Positions 1-10,197 of a stretch of 64,000 nt of DNA are shown piece by piece; within the stretch, counting starts at the first letter, position 1; each line of letters begins with the position of its first letter. The stretch is from positions 11,641 to 75,640 of the IMG/VR virus record IMGVR_UViG_3300005289_000004; one strand, written 5' to 3'. Source of the stretch: a virus. The position numbers were made by a program, and so were the translations under genes. The notes beneath the pieces are model-generated. The model saw nothing but the letters and a program-made list of their open reading frames with translations, did not search any database and had not been told where the DNA came from.

Positions 1-506
1 ACAACTACGTTATTTGCAACTGTTAAACTTCTACCAACTGGCGAGGCTGCATTGTATGTACCATCCCCCGCTTGTGTAGCTGTAATAGTTGTACTTCCAA
101 CTCCGACAATATGAATCAAGCCACTTACTATAGTTGCTACTGCTGTATTAGAACTGGAATAAGAAACTGGTAATCCTGAGCTAGCTGTTGCGTTAGGTGA
201 GAAGTCTACATCCCCCACTTGTTTGTTAGTTGGTAGTGTTGGGAAAGTAATCGTCTGGTCTAATTTAATAATTTCTCCACCCCCTATAATCCAGTACAAA
301 ATTCTTAGGTTAGCTAATACTGAGTCATCAAATTCATCAAGCTCAACTTTACCATCAAGTGCAACAAGTACTCTTTCCAGTATCTTTTGATTTTCAGATT
401 TACAAGCACAACCACGTAAGAAGTCTTCCCGTAGGTCTTCATTCATATTTGACAGGTATTCTTTCCCATCGGCTATAGCTTCTAAAACATAGGTAGGTAA
501 TGCCAT
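1..506 (-). CDS. Virion/tail-associated protein with bacterial Ig-like domain (3' end runs out of window)
   Basis: ATG at 506 directly follows the stop of 507..752; open to the window edge; translates to ...QTITFPTLP...ATASSGLPVSYSSSNTAVATIVSGLIHIVGVGSTTITATQAG, an Ig-like pattern. Confidence 0.7.
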   Translation of the reverse strand, partial: MALPTYVLEAIADGKEYLSNMNEDLREDFLRGCACKSENQKILERVLVALDGKVELDEFDDSVLANLRILYWIIGGGEIIKLDQTITFPTLPTNKQVGDVDFSPNATASSGLPVSYSSSNTAVATIVSGLIHIVGVGSTTITATQAGDGTYNAASPVGRSLTVANNVV

Positions 507-752
507 TTATGCGTAGTAATTATAAAGTAACTGGTAAGCTATTGCTAGGTCTTTCTTCCACTTCTCAGGGTAAGCAGTTTTATCATACAACCTATTAATC
601 ATCTGAGCATTGATTATGTCCATAGGAAGTTCTAGTGGATGACGTGTACCAAGATCGGCACTTACATCTGAGTACAGCCGAAGTAGCTCTGTCTCTACAG
701 TGGTATAATTAAGCCCTGAATCAGAAAAATTGAACTGAGTGTATGTTGCCAT
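507..752 (-). CDS. Hypothetical late protein
   Basis: 81 aa ORF directly downstream of the late promoter at 774-812. Confidence 0.6.
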   Translation of the reverse strand: MATYTQFNFSDSGLNYTTVETELLRLYSDVSADLGTRHPLELPMDIINAQMINRLYDKTAYPEKWKKDLAIAYQLLYNYYA

Positions 753-814
753 TCTTTGCTTTTTATATAATCACAAAAGTAGGCAAATATAAAAGAGGTA
801 TTTTATGAGGCTCG

Positions 815-1489
815 CTACTTATTTATGCGAGGGTTCTTAATGAAGTACAATACTGCACCAACTATTGCAAGAACTGCAACAATTGCAATAACAGCCCACA
901 TCCCTTTAGAAGTAGGTTCTGATTTTTTATCCAATACTACGTGTTTGTCTTCTGATTTACCCTTACCTGCGCTATCTAATGTCAACTTATAATTACTGGA
1001 ATCTTTTTTAGAGGTGTCTATTTTACTGGACGTATTTGAATAATTCTTTTTAATCCTTAGTTCTTCAAAGGGTATATTCTGACTCTTACCGTTACTGGTA
1101 ATTTTAGCGGTTAGCTCGTTCCTTTTCTTGTCCTGATAGATTACTACGCTTACCCCATTGTTGTTTATGTCTACCAGTTTTAATGCTGTGTCTCCTTTTA
1201 AAGTAGAAGCTGTGTCTAATCTAAAGGTTGCTGTTAATTCGATAGGAGTTGGGTTAGGATTCCCTTTCCTGTACGTTATATCCTCACTTGTTACTGTTGA
1301 AGTGTTTTCACTGACGCCTTTGGCTTCTGTAACCTTCACATCATCGACAGTCTTTTTAACATCTGTGTTACTTTCAGTTTTGGTGTAGTCTGACAGTTTA
1401 TTCTTAGAAGTCGCTTTAAACAAACCGCAACTCCCGTATATAAAGATAACTGCTATTGATGCTAAGATTATTAGTAATGTGCGCTTCAT
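815..1489 (-). CDS. Lipoprotein with C-terminal TM helix, putative unimolecular spanin
   Basis: Signal peptide ending in a lipobox-like IYGSC; beta-rich middle; C-terminal hydrophobic helix MWAVIAIVAVLAIVGAVLYFI. Confidence 0.6.
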   Translation of the reverse strand: MKRTLLIILASIAVIFIYGSCGLFKATSKNKLSDYTKTESNTDVKKTVDDVKVTEAKGVSENTSTVTSEDITYRKGNPNPTPIELTATFRLDTASTLKGDTALKLVDINNNGVSVVIYQDKKRNELTAKITSNGKSQNIPFEELRIKKNYSNTSSKIDTSKKDSSNYKLTLDSAGKGKSEDKHVVLDKKSEPTSKGMWAVIAIVAVLAIVGAVLYFIKNPRINK

Positions 1490-1791
1490 TTCTTTGGGGT
1501 TATTGTAATAGTGCTATTTTTATTTTTAATGTCCAGTAAATCTTTTATCTCCTTATAACTTGCATCAGTTCTATTTACGATCACTGCTTGCAGACTGTCT
1601 TTTTCTTTTCTCTCTTTAACTATCATATTATCTCTAATATTAATTTGTGTTTTGAGATAGTCTATATCTTTTTTGACATCCTCTAACCTACTTTTGTTTA
1701 TGACCGCAACATATGACGCAATACTTGATATACATCCCATCATCCATAGGGCTACTTTTTTATAACTGTCGTTTGTATTTGTATTCGGCAT
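1486..1791 (-). CDS. Single-TM coiled-coil membrane protein (holin-like)
   Basis: N-terminal TM segment then coiled coil; overlaps the spanin-like gene by 4 nt. Confidence 0.45.
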   Translation of the reverse strand: MPNTNTNDSYKKVALWMMGCISSIASYVAVINKSRLEDVKKDIDYLKTQINIRDNMIVKERKEKDSLQAVIVNRTDASYKEIKDLLDIKNKNSTITITPKK

Positions 1792-1872
1792 TAAATATTT
1801 CCCCGTTTATTTGATGTCTTACAAAACTAGGAAAAATATGTCGTGCTATTATATAGTGGTGCAAACATCATG

Positions 1873-2148
1873 CTACTTCTTAGTACTCTTTCCGTCCTTG
1901 CCATTACGGCCTCTGTTGACCTTGCTACTCTCTAAAACGAGTTTTCCTGACTTAGTGTGCGACCGATCTTTTCCCATAGCAGTCATCTTTCCGTATGTTC
2001 CGGCTTTTCTATTAGCACGATTGGTTTCTGCCCTATTACGTTTCTGTTCTGGTTTTGCAGAGAACTTTGCATCGTAAGCTAATTTCTTTTTCCTTGCTTC
2101 TGGACTAAGCGTACTTTTTCCTTTTCCGGCTAGTTTGTTTCTTGGCAT
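1873..2148 (-). CDS. Small very basic protein, degenerate HNH-like
   Basis: K/R-rich; GKDRSHTKSGKLVLESSKVNRGRN resembles a minimal HNH-like D-x-x-H...N-R-x-R-N motif. Confidence 0.45.
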   Translation of the reverse strand: MPRNKLAGKGKSTLSPEARKKKLAYDAKFSAKPEQKRNRAETNRANRKAGTYGKMTAMGKDRSHTKSGKLVLESSKVNRGRNGKDGKSTKK

Positions 2149-2152
2149 ATCT

Positions 2153-5100
2153 TTATATTTTTATTTTTCTACGGAATTTAGATTTTGCAATAGCTGCTCC
2201 TCTTGAATAAGCTGATTTCAATCTAGGTATCATTCTTTCAGGGTCAGTTTTATCAGTATAGTTTTTAAGTATTCTTTCCACTAACTTTCTTCTTTCCTGT
2301 CCTACCATCTTAGTCAACTCTGACTTTTGCTCCTTATCTAACTTGACTTTAAAATCCTTTTTAGTGAAGGTGTCGTCTATTGAATTAGGTATAGCTCCGT
2401 CATCCCTTGTCTTACGTTGTATGTCAAACACCGCATAAGTAATAGGGTCTTGCAAAATCTTTTGACTCCTGAATATATCAATTATCTGGTACACGTAAGG
2501 ATTAGAACCATCTGGTGTTTGTTTAATAGGTTTACCCCACATATCATATTTAATAGGCAAGTCTTCAACATTACCGACCTTTTCTTTTATGATATTAGCA
2601 AATGTTTGTAACTGATCGTCTGTGTACAAATCTCTCATATAATCGTTAGAGGCTCTGAATGTCTGAGAAACTGTATTTGGAATCCCCATTGTAACAAAAG
2701 TCTTTCCTAGCTGGGGTATTATATTTTTAGCTCCATCAGGTGTAGAGACTGCACTTAGAATTGTTTCTGCCCCTTGTACGAATGATTGGTTAAAGAAGTA
2801 GCGCATAGCAGCAGGAGCATTTGTTGCAAAATTACCTATGAAATTAAGTGGATTTAAACCTGCTTCTGGGTAGTACGCTTCTCCTTTAGTGTTAACTACA
2901 TCTGCTTTCTTCTTTTGTTCCCTTAACTGTTCTCCTTTTGTTGAAGAAACTATACCTATCTGTGCGCCAATCAATCCTAGTGGTACATAAGATACTACTC
3001 TATCTCCTTGTTTATAAGCGAAATCTTCTCCATTTAACAACCTTTTAACTCCATCTACATTTATTGTGTTTGGCGGTTGGGTAGCAAACATAAAATCTTT
3101 TTGTTTCTTTTGAAACTTGTCTTCTGGTAAATCTCCTGTTGCTAGTCCATTGGCTACTAAGATTGTTGCTGCACCTAATACTGCTCCACTTACTATAGCT
3201 TGACCCATGTGTTCAGAGAAGTCTTTTTGATGCCTACGTATAAGAGTCTCTTTAAGCTTGCTATCTTTCATCTTATAAGCCTTGGTTAGCTGAGTAGCAT
3301 CATAAATAGCTTGACTAAAGGGTATGGCAGGAACAGCAAACTTAACTGTCTTTAATGCAATAGAGGACGGAGTATTTACAAATGGTAAGATACCTTTCAT
3401 TATGAACCTGTAACTGGCACTGGCAGTTGTGCCTCCTATTTCCTCTATTCGTTTAGCTCCGTCCCCGATTAAGCGGTTTATGTTACGGGATATTACGTTC
3501 TCCTCTTGGAAAGTAGCTTCTTTACCATAGTTTGTGGCTTCTTCTAAGGATTTGGCATCTGGTTTTAAAACAAATCGTTCTAGTGCATCTCCCTCTAAAC
3601 CCTTATCATTCTTACCGATCTCAACAAGTCTTTGTGTTTTAGCTTGCTCAAAGAATGGATCATCCCCAAAAGGAAGTAACCTGAACATTAAGTTAGCAGG
3701 AACACCAATAGTAGACTCTGTAAAATCTGATAATCCTTGTGACCATCCATACTGATTCTCCTCACGGGTAGCTGAACTTTTAAGGTTTTCAAACAACCTG
3801 TTAAATGCTACTCTGGGTTTTAATCTACCACCTACATCATATTTTGCCAGCTCTGCATTAGCAGTACCTCTGACAGCTTTACGTGTAGCCCTTTTAGAGC
3901 CTTGTACAACAGCTCTACTTCCTAACCTAATGTTATCCGCACTAAGGGTAGGAGACTTCGTTCTACGGCTTGTAATTAGCCCCACTAGGGCATCAACTGC
4001 TGTAGCTACATCGTTCTCTGTACCTCTTAAACCGAATTGCATTAAGTTGGCAAATGGGTTGATAACAACAGATTTAAAACTAAGTAGGTTTCCCTGTAGT
4101 ATTTTAGCTAAAGTGTCTGGTAAGTTCTTTCCTCTTATATTGTCAATGTAATCCTCTAAATCTCTGATTGCATCTTCGTAAGCTATTTCATTTGCATAGT
4201 AATCTTTGTAGTCAGCATCATCTAAAGTTTCAGTTACTTTATTTAATGCTTCCTCTACTCTTGCAGCCGCTTGCTGTTGATTAGCAAACAGTTCTTTTAT
4301 TTTAGTCTTTTGAGGTTCGGTTAGCTTCTTATTAACTTTATCTAACCACTTTTCAACAAGCTGTATGTATCCGTCTGGTGTAGATGATTTAAACTCTCCG
4401 TATTGACGTAATGTTTGTGCAGCAACTGTAGCAGACTTAGAGAGGGTTTCAATTATCTTACTTGCTTCGTCAAAGTTTCCTTCTGAATTGTACTTGTTAA
4501 TTAACTCAATACCTGCTAGCACACCAATATTTTGTTCGGATGTTAGTTGAGATGTTACAGCAGAAAGTTCTCCCACTAACCGTTGTTTCTCTAAATCGTC
4601 CATTGTAGACAACCTACTCCTTATTTCCGCATAATCCTGTGTTTGATAAAGCTGTTCTGTATTATCTAAAAGTTCTGCTGTCTCTGTAGGTGTTGTTTCA
4701 TCGGTTCTAACTCTTTCGCCAAATCCACGTACACCGTATCCTAACTGTTCTGCTGACTGTCTGTAAATATCCCGTAACTGTTCATCAGGAATAGTCTTAC
4801 CTAAGTCCTGTCTCATCCGATCTGCAAAGTCTTTAAAGCGTATTACTCCTTCTTCTACATACGTAACACCAAGTTCTACTAAATCTTTAATAGCATCCGG
4901 GTTTATTCCTGTATTTATGTTAGAGAGTTTATCACTTAGTCTTTTGGTTATCTCTGCTCGTCTGGCTTGTATTTCGGTTAGCTTCTGTTCTGTAACTGTA
5001 AGTCGCTGTTCTGGTACAATTATTTCAGACTCTATATTTGAAGTGTTTTTTGATCTTTCATACTCTTTAAACGATTCAACATCGGCCTCAGACCCCAACT

Positions 5101-7048
5101 CATGTATTTGCTCAGGATTAAATACCAACACCTCAGGGAACTTTAAGTCATCAGCATAATCTTTAGGGTCTAGTCCATTATCTTTAATTCTCTGCTCGTA
5201 AATTTCTGGTGTAGCGATTAAACCGTCATAACCCTGATCTTCATACTCCTTAACAAGCTCTTTACTTGTTTTACGTGTTATCTCGTTAGCATCAACATAT
5301 TTAGGGTTCTTCAAGTTAACGACAACAGATATTGTTTTACCATCTTCTGAGAAATGACCTTGTTTAGAGGATGTAAAGTACATTGTTCTACTCTTATCGA
5401 AGCTCTTTAAGTCAAAGTCTTTAGTAGTTTGGTGGTACATAACAGCATTAACCTTAGACTCAGGGAATATGTTCTGAACATACGTTTCATATTGTTTTTC
5501 ATCCCCAATAGTCTTTATCTCATCTTTACTCCCATAAACATCAGATACACCTGTTATAGGTTCAGTAGTTGTATTTTCTGCAACAGGTGTAATAATGGAG
5601 TCTAACTCTGCCTCAACTTGATTTAACTCTTCTTGTAAGGTAGTTTTAGTTACCTCAGATAAAGTTTTATCTTTAAGTATATCGGTTATAGCATCTGCAC
5701 GTTGTACAAGAATGTCTGTATCGGCTCTCTGCTCTGGGGTTAGTTTTTGCTCTGTTGTAACTGCCCCTTCAACTAAGTTAGATAACTCTTCTGTCTTTTG
5801 CTCTAATACGTCACTAACAGCATCGCTACCTGTTTTATCTAAGTCAGCTTTAAGTTCGTTGATTTCAGTGGTTAGCTGCTCTACTCTCTCACGCCCTTGT
5901 TTATTTTTAACTGAACCTAGTATATTTCCTGCACCTTGAATACCACTATCCATTACACCACCAACTATAATAGCATCAGCCACACCTTGCATCAAATCTA
6001 AGTCAGGATTTAAACCGCTATATTTATCAAGCATGTTTTGAGTGAACTGTGTAAGCCCCTCAGAAGCTCCACCTTTACCAAAAGCTACAGGAATACCGTT
6101 CTTAGCGAATATCTTTTTCAAATAACCTTCTGCAAACTCTGTTGCTTTACGTTTGGCTACGTCTATTCCATCCCTACCCAAGTCCCGTACAATATCATCT
6201 ATAATTGCTTTAGAGCCGAATGCTTGTTCAAACACAACTTCACTTAAACCGTTAAAAGCAGCAACGATTGGTTTTTGATAGTTCTTAATGTCAGGGTTGT
6301 CTTCAATCTCTGCTAATTTGTTTGAAGCAAATGGTAGCGCATTTAAAGCTGTTTTGCTGATCGTAGAGAGGTTTGCTGCTTGTCCTAGACCTGCTGTAGC
6401 ATATAGCTGTAGTAAAGACGGTACAGAGCCTGTAATAGCGTTAGCTACCTGTCTTCCTGCATCACCTAGTTTACCGTTCTTAATTGAGTTATAAATATCA
6501 CCTTCAAACTTAGTTACCTCTTTATTGTAAGCCTCTGACTCTCCCCTGTAATGTTGAGACACTTGGTCTAACAGTTTTAATGGGGTGCTTGCTTTTCCTG
6601 TTTCGTTTAACAGTTCTGCGTAGGAGGTAGATAGCGTATTCTTTAACTCCCCTTCTGGCAATTGGTCTGCTATAAAATTTTGAGGAATAGCTGCTAACTC
6701 GTAAACTATTTTTGGAATATCTGCAACACCTGCATAAGCCTTGTTAAGGGAAGATGCAAACGTGTTCCAAGTATCTGACCAAAAACCATCATCTTTTTTG
6801 GGGGCTGTTATAGCAACTTCTTCTAATTGCTTTGTTCCGTAAGTTGGTTCAGGTTCAACAGGTGCAGGTGGGGCGATCTTAGTTTCAAAATCTTCGTAAC
6901 TTCCTAGATCGTACTCTTTACCCACTCCATCATAAAATGCTTTACGTTTTGTTGAGTCTCCCATCTTACCAGAGAACTCTTCGTAACTGCCAACACTATA
7001 ATCTTTGGATACGGCTTCATACAGTAATTTTAATTTCTCCTCATCCAT
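2153..7048 (-). CDS. Large internal virion/ejection protein (polyvalent protein) with ADP-ribosyltransferase-like domain
   Basis: 1631 aa, last of three cargo-position genes; VMYHQT..MYFTS..NLKNP..GYDG..EVLVFNPEQI segment (~5070-5510) matches the ART-PolyVal pattern; largely helical elsewhere. Confidence 0.7.
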   Translation of the reverse strand: MDEEKLKLLYEAVSKDYSVGSYEEFSGKMGDSTKRKAFYDGVGKEYDLGSYEDFETKIAPPAPVEPEPTYGTKQLEEVAITAPKKDDGFWSDTWNTFASSLNKAYAGVADIPKIVYELAAIPQNFIADQLPEGELKNTLSTSYAELLNETGKASTPLKLLDQVSQHYRGESEAYNKEVTKFEGDIYNSIKNGKLGDAGRQVANAITGSVPSLLQLYATAGLGQAANLSTISKTALNALPFASNKLAEIEDNPDIKNYQKPIVAAFNGLSEVVFEQAFGSKAIIDDIVRDLGRDGIDVAKRKATEFAEGYLKKIFAKNGIPVAFGKGGASEGLTQFTQNMLDKYSGLNPDLDLMQGVADAIIVGGVMDSGIQGAGNILGSVKNKQGRERVEQLTTEINELKADLDKTGSDAVSDVLEQKTEELSNLVEGAVTTEQKLTPEQRADTDILVQRADAITDILKDKTLSEVTKTTLQEELNQVEAELDSIITPVAENTTTEPITGVSDVYGSKDEIKTIGDEKQYETYVQNIFPESKVNAVMYHQTTKDFDLKSFDKSRTMYFTSSKQGHFSEDGKTISVVVNLKNPKYVDANEITRKTSKELVKEYEDQGYDGLIATPEIYEQRIKDNGLDPKDYADDLKFPEVLVFNPEQIHELGSEADVESFKEYERSKNTSNIESEIIVPEQRLTVTEQKLTEIQARRAEITKRLSDKLSNINTGINPDAIKDLVELGVTYVEEGVIRFKDFADRMRQDLGKTIPDEQLRDIYRQSAEQLGYGVRGFGERVRTDETTPTETAELLDNTEQLYQTQDYAEIRSRLSTMDDLEKQRLVGELSAVTSQLTSEQNIGVLAGIELINKYNSEGNFDEASKIIETLSKSATVAAQTLRQYGEFKSSTPDGYIQLVEKWLDKVNKKLTEPQKTKIKELFANQQQAAARVEEALNKVTETLDDADYKDYYANEIAYEDAIRDLEDYIDNIRGKNLPDTLAKILQGNLLSFKSVVINPFANLMQFGLRGTENDVATAVDALVGLITSRRTKSPTLSADNIRLGSRAVVQGSKRATRKAVRGTANAELAKYDVGGRLKPRVAFNRLFENLKSSATREENQYGWSQGLSDFTESTIGVPANLMFRLLPFGDDPFFEQAKTQRLVEIGKNDKGLEGDALERFVLKPDAKSLEEATNYGKEATFQEENVISRNINRLIGDGAKRIEEIGGTTASASYRFIMKGILPFVNTPSSIALKTVKFAVPAIPFSQAIYDATQLTKAYKMKDSKLKETLIRRHQKDFSEHMGQAIVSGAVLGAATILVANGLATGDLPEDKFQKKQKDFMFATQPPNTINVDGVKRLLNGEDFAYKQGDRVVSYVPLGLIGAQIGIVSSTKGEQLREQKKKADVVNTKGEAYYPEAGLNPLNFIGNFATNAPAAMRYFFNQSFVQGAETILSAVSTPDGAKNIIPQLGKTFVTMGIPNTVSQTFRASNDYMRDLYTDDQLQTFANIIKEKVGNVEDLPIKYDMWGKPIKQTPDGSNPYVYQIIDIFRSQKILQDPITYAVFDIQRKTRDDGAIPNSIDDTFTKKDFKVKLDKEQKSELTKMVGQERRKLVERILKNYTDKTDPERMIPRLKSAYSRGAAIAKSKFRRKIKI

Positions 7049-7050
7049 CT

Positions 7051-8433
7051 TTAAAATCCTTGTATTGTTTTCTTACCTGTTGACTTAGGGGCTGTTTGTT
7101 TTGGTGTTGATTTGGCAGTTGTACTTCCTGCTGTTGCTGGTTTAAAAGTTGACAATGCTTGCGCTATAGATTTAGAGTTTTTAACGTTAGCTGGTAATCT
7201 ATCATAAGGAATGAAATAATCATTAGCCACACCATCCTCTGCTAGCCTAACATGTATAACTGGTTTCCTAACCACATTATTAGGATTGTTTCTAGCAAAA
7301 TTAGGTTGTGCTATAGCTCCTGCAAGTGGATTTTTCCCTTGACCTTTTGCTGGTTTAATAAATGGTGCGTTAGTTATACCCACTACTTCATATCTGCCAG
7401 AAGAAGGTAACGGCTCATTCAAAGGTTTACCTGTTGCTAGGTCTATTGACTGACTACCTGCAAAATTCTTATTAGGGATAGATAGCGGTACATATTCATC
7501 TAACTGTACACTTCCTTTACCGTCTGCAAATGGAAGATTAACTGAGGTAAGACTGCCAACTGCTGCGTTACTTCCTGAACCAGATTTAGCTACAGCAGGG
7601 ATAACATCTCTGAACCTGTCTTTAACTTCGCCCGGTTTAAACGCACTATATAACTCTTGAGTTTTCTGTACAAGCAATTGATCTGGCGTAACACCTAGTT
7701 GTGCAGCTTGCGTATCAAAAATATTACGGTACTTACTATCATTATTATACTGCCAGCTAAGTGCTGTCCCTACAGTTTCTGGTGTTAAATTAGTTGTGGT
7801 TATTTTATCTCCTGTCAAAACACGACCGTCCATACTACCTTTACCGTACGATGTAGTTTTACCTGCTTTGTTAACAAGAGTATTCATCAGTTGTGACTCT
7901 TCGTTATTTAGGTAGCTGGTATCAGGTTGAGTGTAGTTGGCAAGGTTGTATGCTCCCAAGTCTATTTCATCAGTTGGTGTTTTATCCAGTTTTTGAAGTC
8001 TAGCTTTAGCATCAGAAGAAACTAATCCTGTACTTCTTGGGTCTGCTATAAAGTCGTATGCTTTGGTGGCAATTTTACCTCTTTCTTTACTGGTAGTTAT
8101 AAACTGTTTAGTCTCGTTAATGTCTTTCTCCAACTGCATTCTTAGCTTTAACCGTTCTTCCCTACTTGACGCTTTGTTAGCTTGATAGTAAGTGTCGTAA
8201 ACTTTAGTGAGTCTGCTGTTTAATTTATTTACATCTACCTGTTGTATGCCATTAGGGTTGATGTTTTTAATTAAAGTAGACAGTTCTTTTTGGTCGGCTG
8301 CTTGTTGTTTAGCTAATGCTTGCTGTTGTGATACTATTCTCTCTTGGTTAGCTTGCCACGCTTTACCTATTGTTCCGAAGAACGCACCCAACACGGCATC
8401 TCCTCCTCCATTATAATCTTGTGGTGTTGCCAT
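7051..8433 (-). CDS. Internal virion/ejection protein
   Basis: 460 aa, Q/A-rich coiled-coil N-terminus, lies between the small and large ejection genes. Confidence 0.6.
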   Translation of the reverse strand: MATPQDYNGGGDAVLGAFFGTIGKAWQANQERIVSQQQALAKQQAADQKELSTLIKNINPNGIQQVDVNKLNSRLTKVYDTYYQANKASSREERLKLRMQLEKDINETKQFITTSKERGKIATKAYDFIADPRSTGLVSSDAKARLQKLDKTPTDEIDLGAYNLANYTQPDTSYLNNEESQLMNTLVNKAGKTTSYGKGSMDGRVLTGDKITTTNLTPETVGTALSWQYNNDSKYRNIFDTQAAQLGVTPDQLLVQKTQELYSAFKPGEVKDRFRDVIPAVAKSGSGSNAAVGSLTSVNLPFADGKGSVQLDEYVPLSIPNKNFAGSQSIDLATGKPLNEPLPSSGRYEVVGITNAPFIKPAKGQGKNPLAGAIAQPNFARNNPNNVVRKPVIHVRLAEDGVANDYFIPYDRLPANVKNSKSIAQALSTFKPATAGSTTAKSTPKQTAPKSTGKKTIQGF

Positions 8434-8436
8434 AGT

Positions 8437-9063
8437 TTATGCGTAAAGTCCTTGTTGTCTGCCGTTAATTGGTGCAAACGGGTTGTATTGTAGTCCTGCT
8501 TGTCCTTGCGTTGATTGTTGTTGTCCTCCTAAACCACCTCCCATAGCAATTGCCGTTGCGCCACCGATGCCATTAAAGATATTTTGTACACCTGCATTTC
8601 TCATAGATGCCACTTGCTGTGCTGTCCTTAGGTACGGTTGTGCTTTATTCCAGTTCCAAACTCTTTGCTGTTCTTGAGCTAAAGTTTGATTCTGTTGCAT
8701 TGAAAGTATTTGATTCTGTCTACGTGCCTGTTCGTCCTGTATATTCAGATTTGTGGTGGCTTGGTTAGCTTGCCTAAGTAAACCAGCAACTGGTATATTT
8801 CTTCCTGAACGTGATGCCGAGGCCAGTATAGTAGAGAGGTTGTTCTGATTCTGTTGTAAGGCGTTATTATACTGAGTATTTGATAACCCAATTTGTGCCA
8901 TATTTCTAGCTTGTGCTGCGTTTTGAGCCAAAAGTGAGTTAACTTGTGCTACAGGTAATTGATTATTCCTTTCCAACGCGTTTGCCCTCGCCCCCTGAAA
9001 CAATCCGTATGCGGAGCCGAGTAGGTTTGCGCCAATTCCGAGTGCAGCTAAAGGTAATGCCAT
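8437..9063 (-). CDS. Small ejection (pilot-like) protein
   Basis: Q/N/A-rich coiled coil flanked by Gly/Ala hydrophobic helices, typical of podovirus ejected proteins. Confidence 0.65.
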   Translation of the reverse strand: MALPLAALGIGANLLGSAYGLFQGARANALERNNQLPVAQVNSLLAQNAAQARNMAQIGLSNTQYNNALQQNQNNLSTILASASRSGRNIPVAGLLRQANQATTNLNIQDEQARRQNQILSMQQNQTLAQEQQRVWNWNKAQPYLRTAQQVASMRNAGVQNIFNGIGGATAIAMGGGLGGQQQSTQGQAGLQYNPFAPINGRQQGLYA

Positions 9064-9124
9064 ATTCTATGTTTTAAAGTATAAGGCAAAGATAGGCTTT
9101 AAGTTAACTGTATTTTAAATAGGG

Positions 9125-9997
9125 TCACTCGTTGACCGTAGATACGTTTCCTTTTGTCACAATTTTAAATAACTGTAGAGCTTGCGAACCATCTATTGTT
9201 GTTAATTCCATGCTGAGGTAGCGACCTTTGAGTCTATCTCCGTCAACAAGTCCTGTTATCTTATCCCTCAGAAACTCTGCATAATGTATACCCTCTTTAC
9301 TGGTAAAATCTGCTTCTATTAAATCCGATACATGACCTAACTGAGTGGTAATACCGTCTGTTGTAGTTGCCATTATTATGTTGGAGTGGATAGCTACTGA
9401 ACTCCAAGTCTTAACGTAGCCTGAACCCATAGGAAACTTAACGGTTGTTTGAAACTGTTCTCCGTAGAAGTTGTTGTAGTTACTGTTGTTCTTGTGAATC
9501 CATAACTGACCGTTCTTCCAAGTAAACAAATCTGTGAACATGCTAAAACCGTTCTCTGGTCTGTAGCTTCTAAAGTCAACCCACCTGTTTCTGTCCTCAC
9601 TCCATATCACATTGAACTTACTGCCTGTGCTTACTTCTTCTCCTTCTTTCTGAATATTTAGCACCTCTATTTCGAGATAACCTGTTCCCCAGAATGTCAG
9701 TTTCTGGTTAGCTTCTGTTGTGGAGATTTCTACTGTTACATCTTGTACAGTTGTGTACGTAAACAAAGGTGTATCAAATCCTAAGCTAAGGCTTGGTGAG
9801 TTAGAAGCTGCTATAATTCTAAAACTTATAGTATAGTTGGTATCCTCATCAAAAGGATAAGTAAGCAGTTTTAACGGTGTATTGTTATTACACGGATAAT
9901 GAATAGCTTTAGTACCATTAAGCTCCCATGATCTGTCATTTAACAGTTCTTGAAAGTTTATAAGTACTGGTTGATCTTCTACAGTTTTAATATTCAT
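9125..9997 (-). CDS. C-terminal part of tail muzzle/stabilization protein
   Basis: WSEDRNRWVDFRSYRPE..LFTWKNGQLWIH..NNFYG..KEG..RD..GDRLKGRY resembles the C-terminus of crAss-like stabilization (P22 gp10-like) proteins. Confidence 0.6.
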   Translation of the reverse strand: MNIKTVEDQPVLINFQELLNDRSWELNGTKAIHYPCNNNTPLKLLTYPFDEDTNYTISFRIIAASNSPSLSLGFDTPLFTYTTVQDVTVEISTTEANQKLTFWGTGYLEIEVLNIQKEGEEVSTGSKFNVIWSEDRNRWVDFRSYRPENGFSMFTDLFTWKNGQLWIHKNNSNYNNFYGEQFQTTVKFPMGSGYVKTWSSVAIHSNIIMATTTDGITTQLGHVSDLIEADFTSKEGIHYAEFLRDKITGLVDGDRLKGRYLSMELTTIDGSQALQLFKIVTKGNVSTVNE

Positions 9998-10197
9998 TAC
10001 TTGCTCCTTTTGCTTTTTGGTACGTATCTCTTATAAATACCGTCTACTATTTCTATAACCCGATATATAGCACCTGAATCGTATGGCACTAAGTTATTCA
10101 AATTTTCCTGTCTTTTAGCACAAGGGTTGCAGTCTTTTTCTATTCCAACTGCTCTAAGCCCTGCCTTAACTGTATCTCCTAATCCTCTCTGTTTCAT
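9997..10197 (-). CDS. Small GLGDT/CxxC protein
   Basis: GLGDT...CNPCAKRQENLN motif; start and stop overlap both neighbours. Confidence 0.6.
   Translation of the reverse strand: MKQRGLGDTVKAGLRAVGIEKDCNPCAKRQENLNNLVPYDSGAIYRVIEIVDGIYKRYVPKSKRSK

Noticed and set aside
2153-7048. Virion RNA polymerase
   Set aside because: No DxDxD catalytic motif seen; late promoters retain host-type -7 elements
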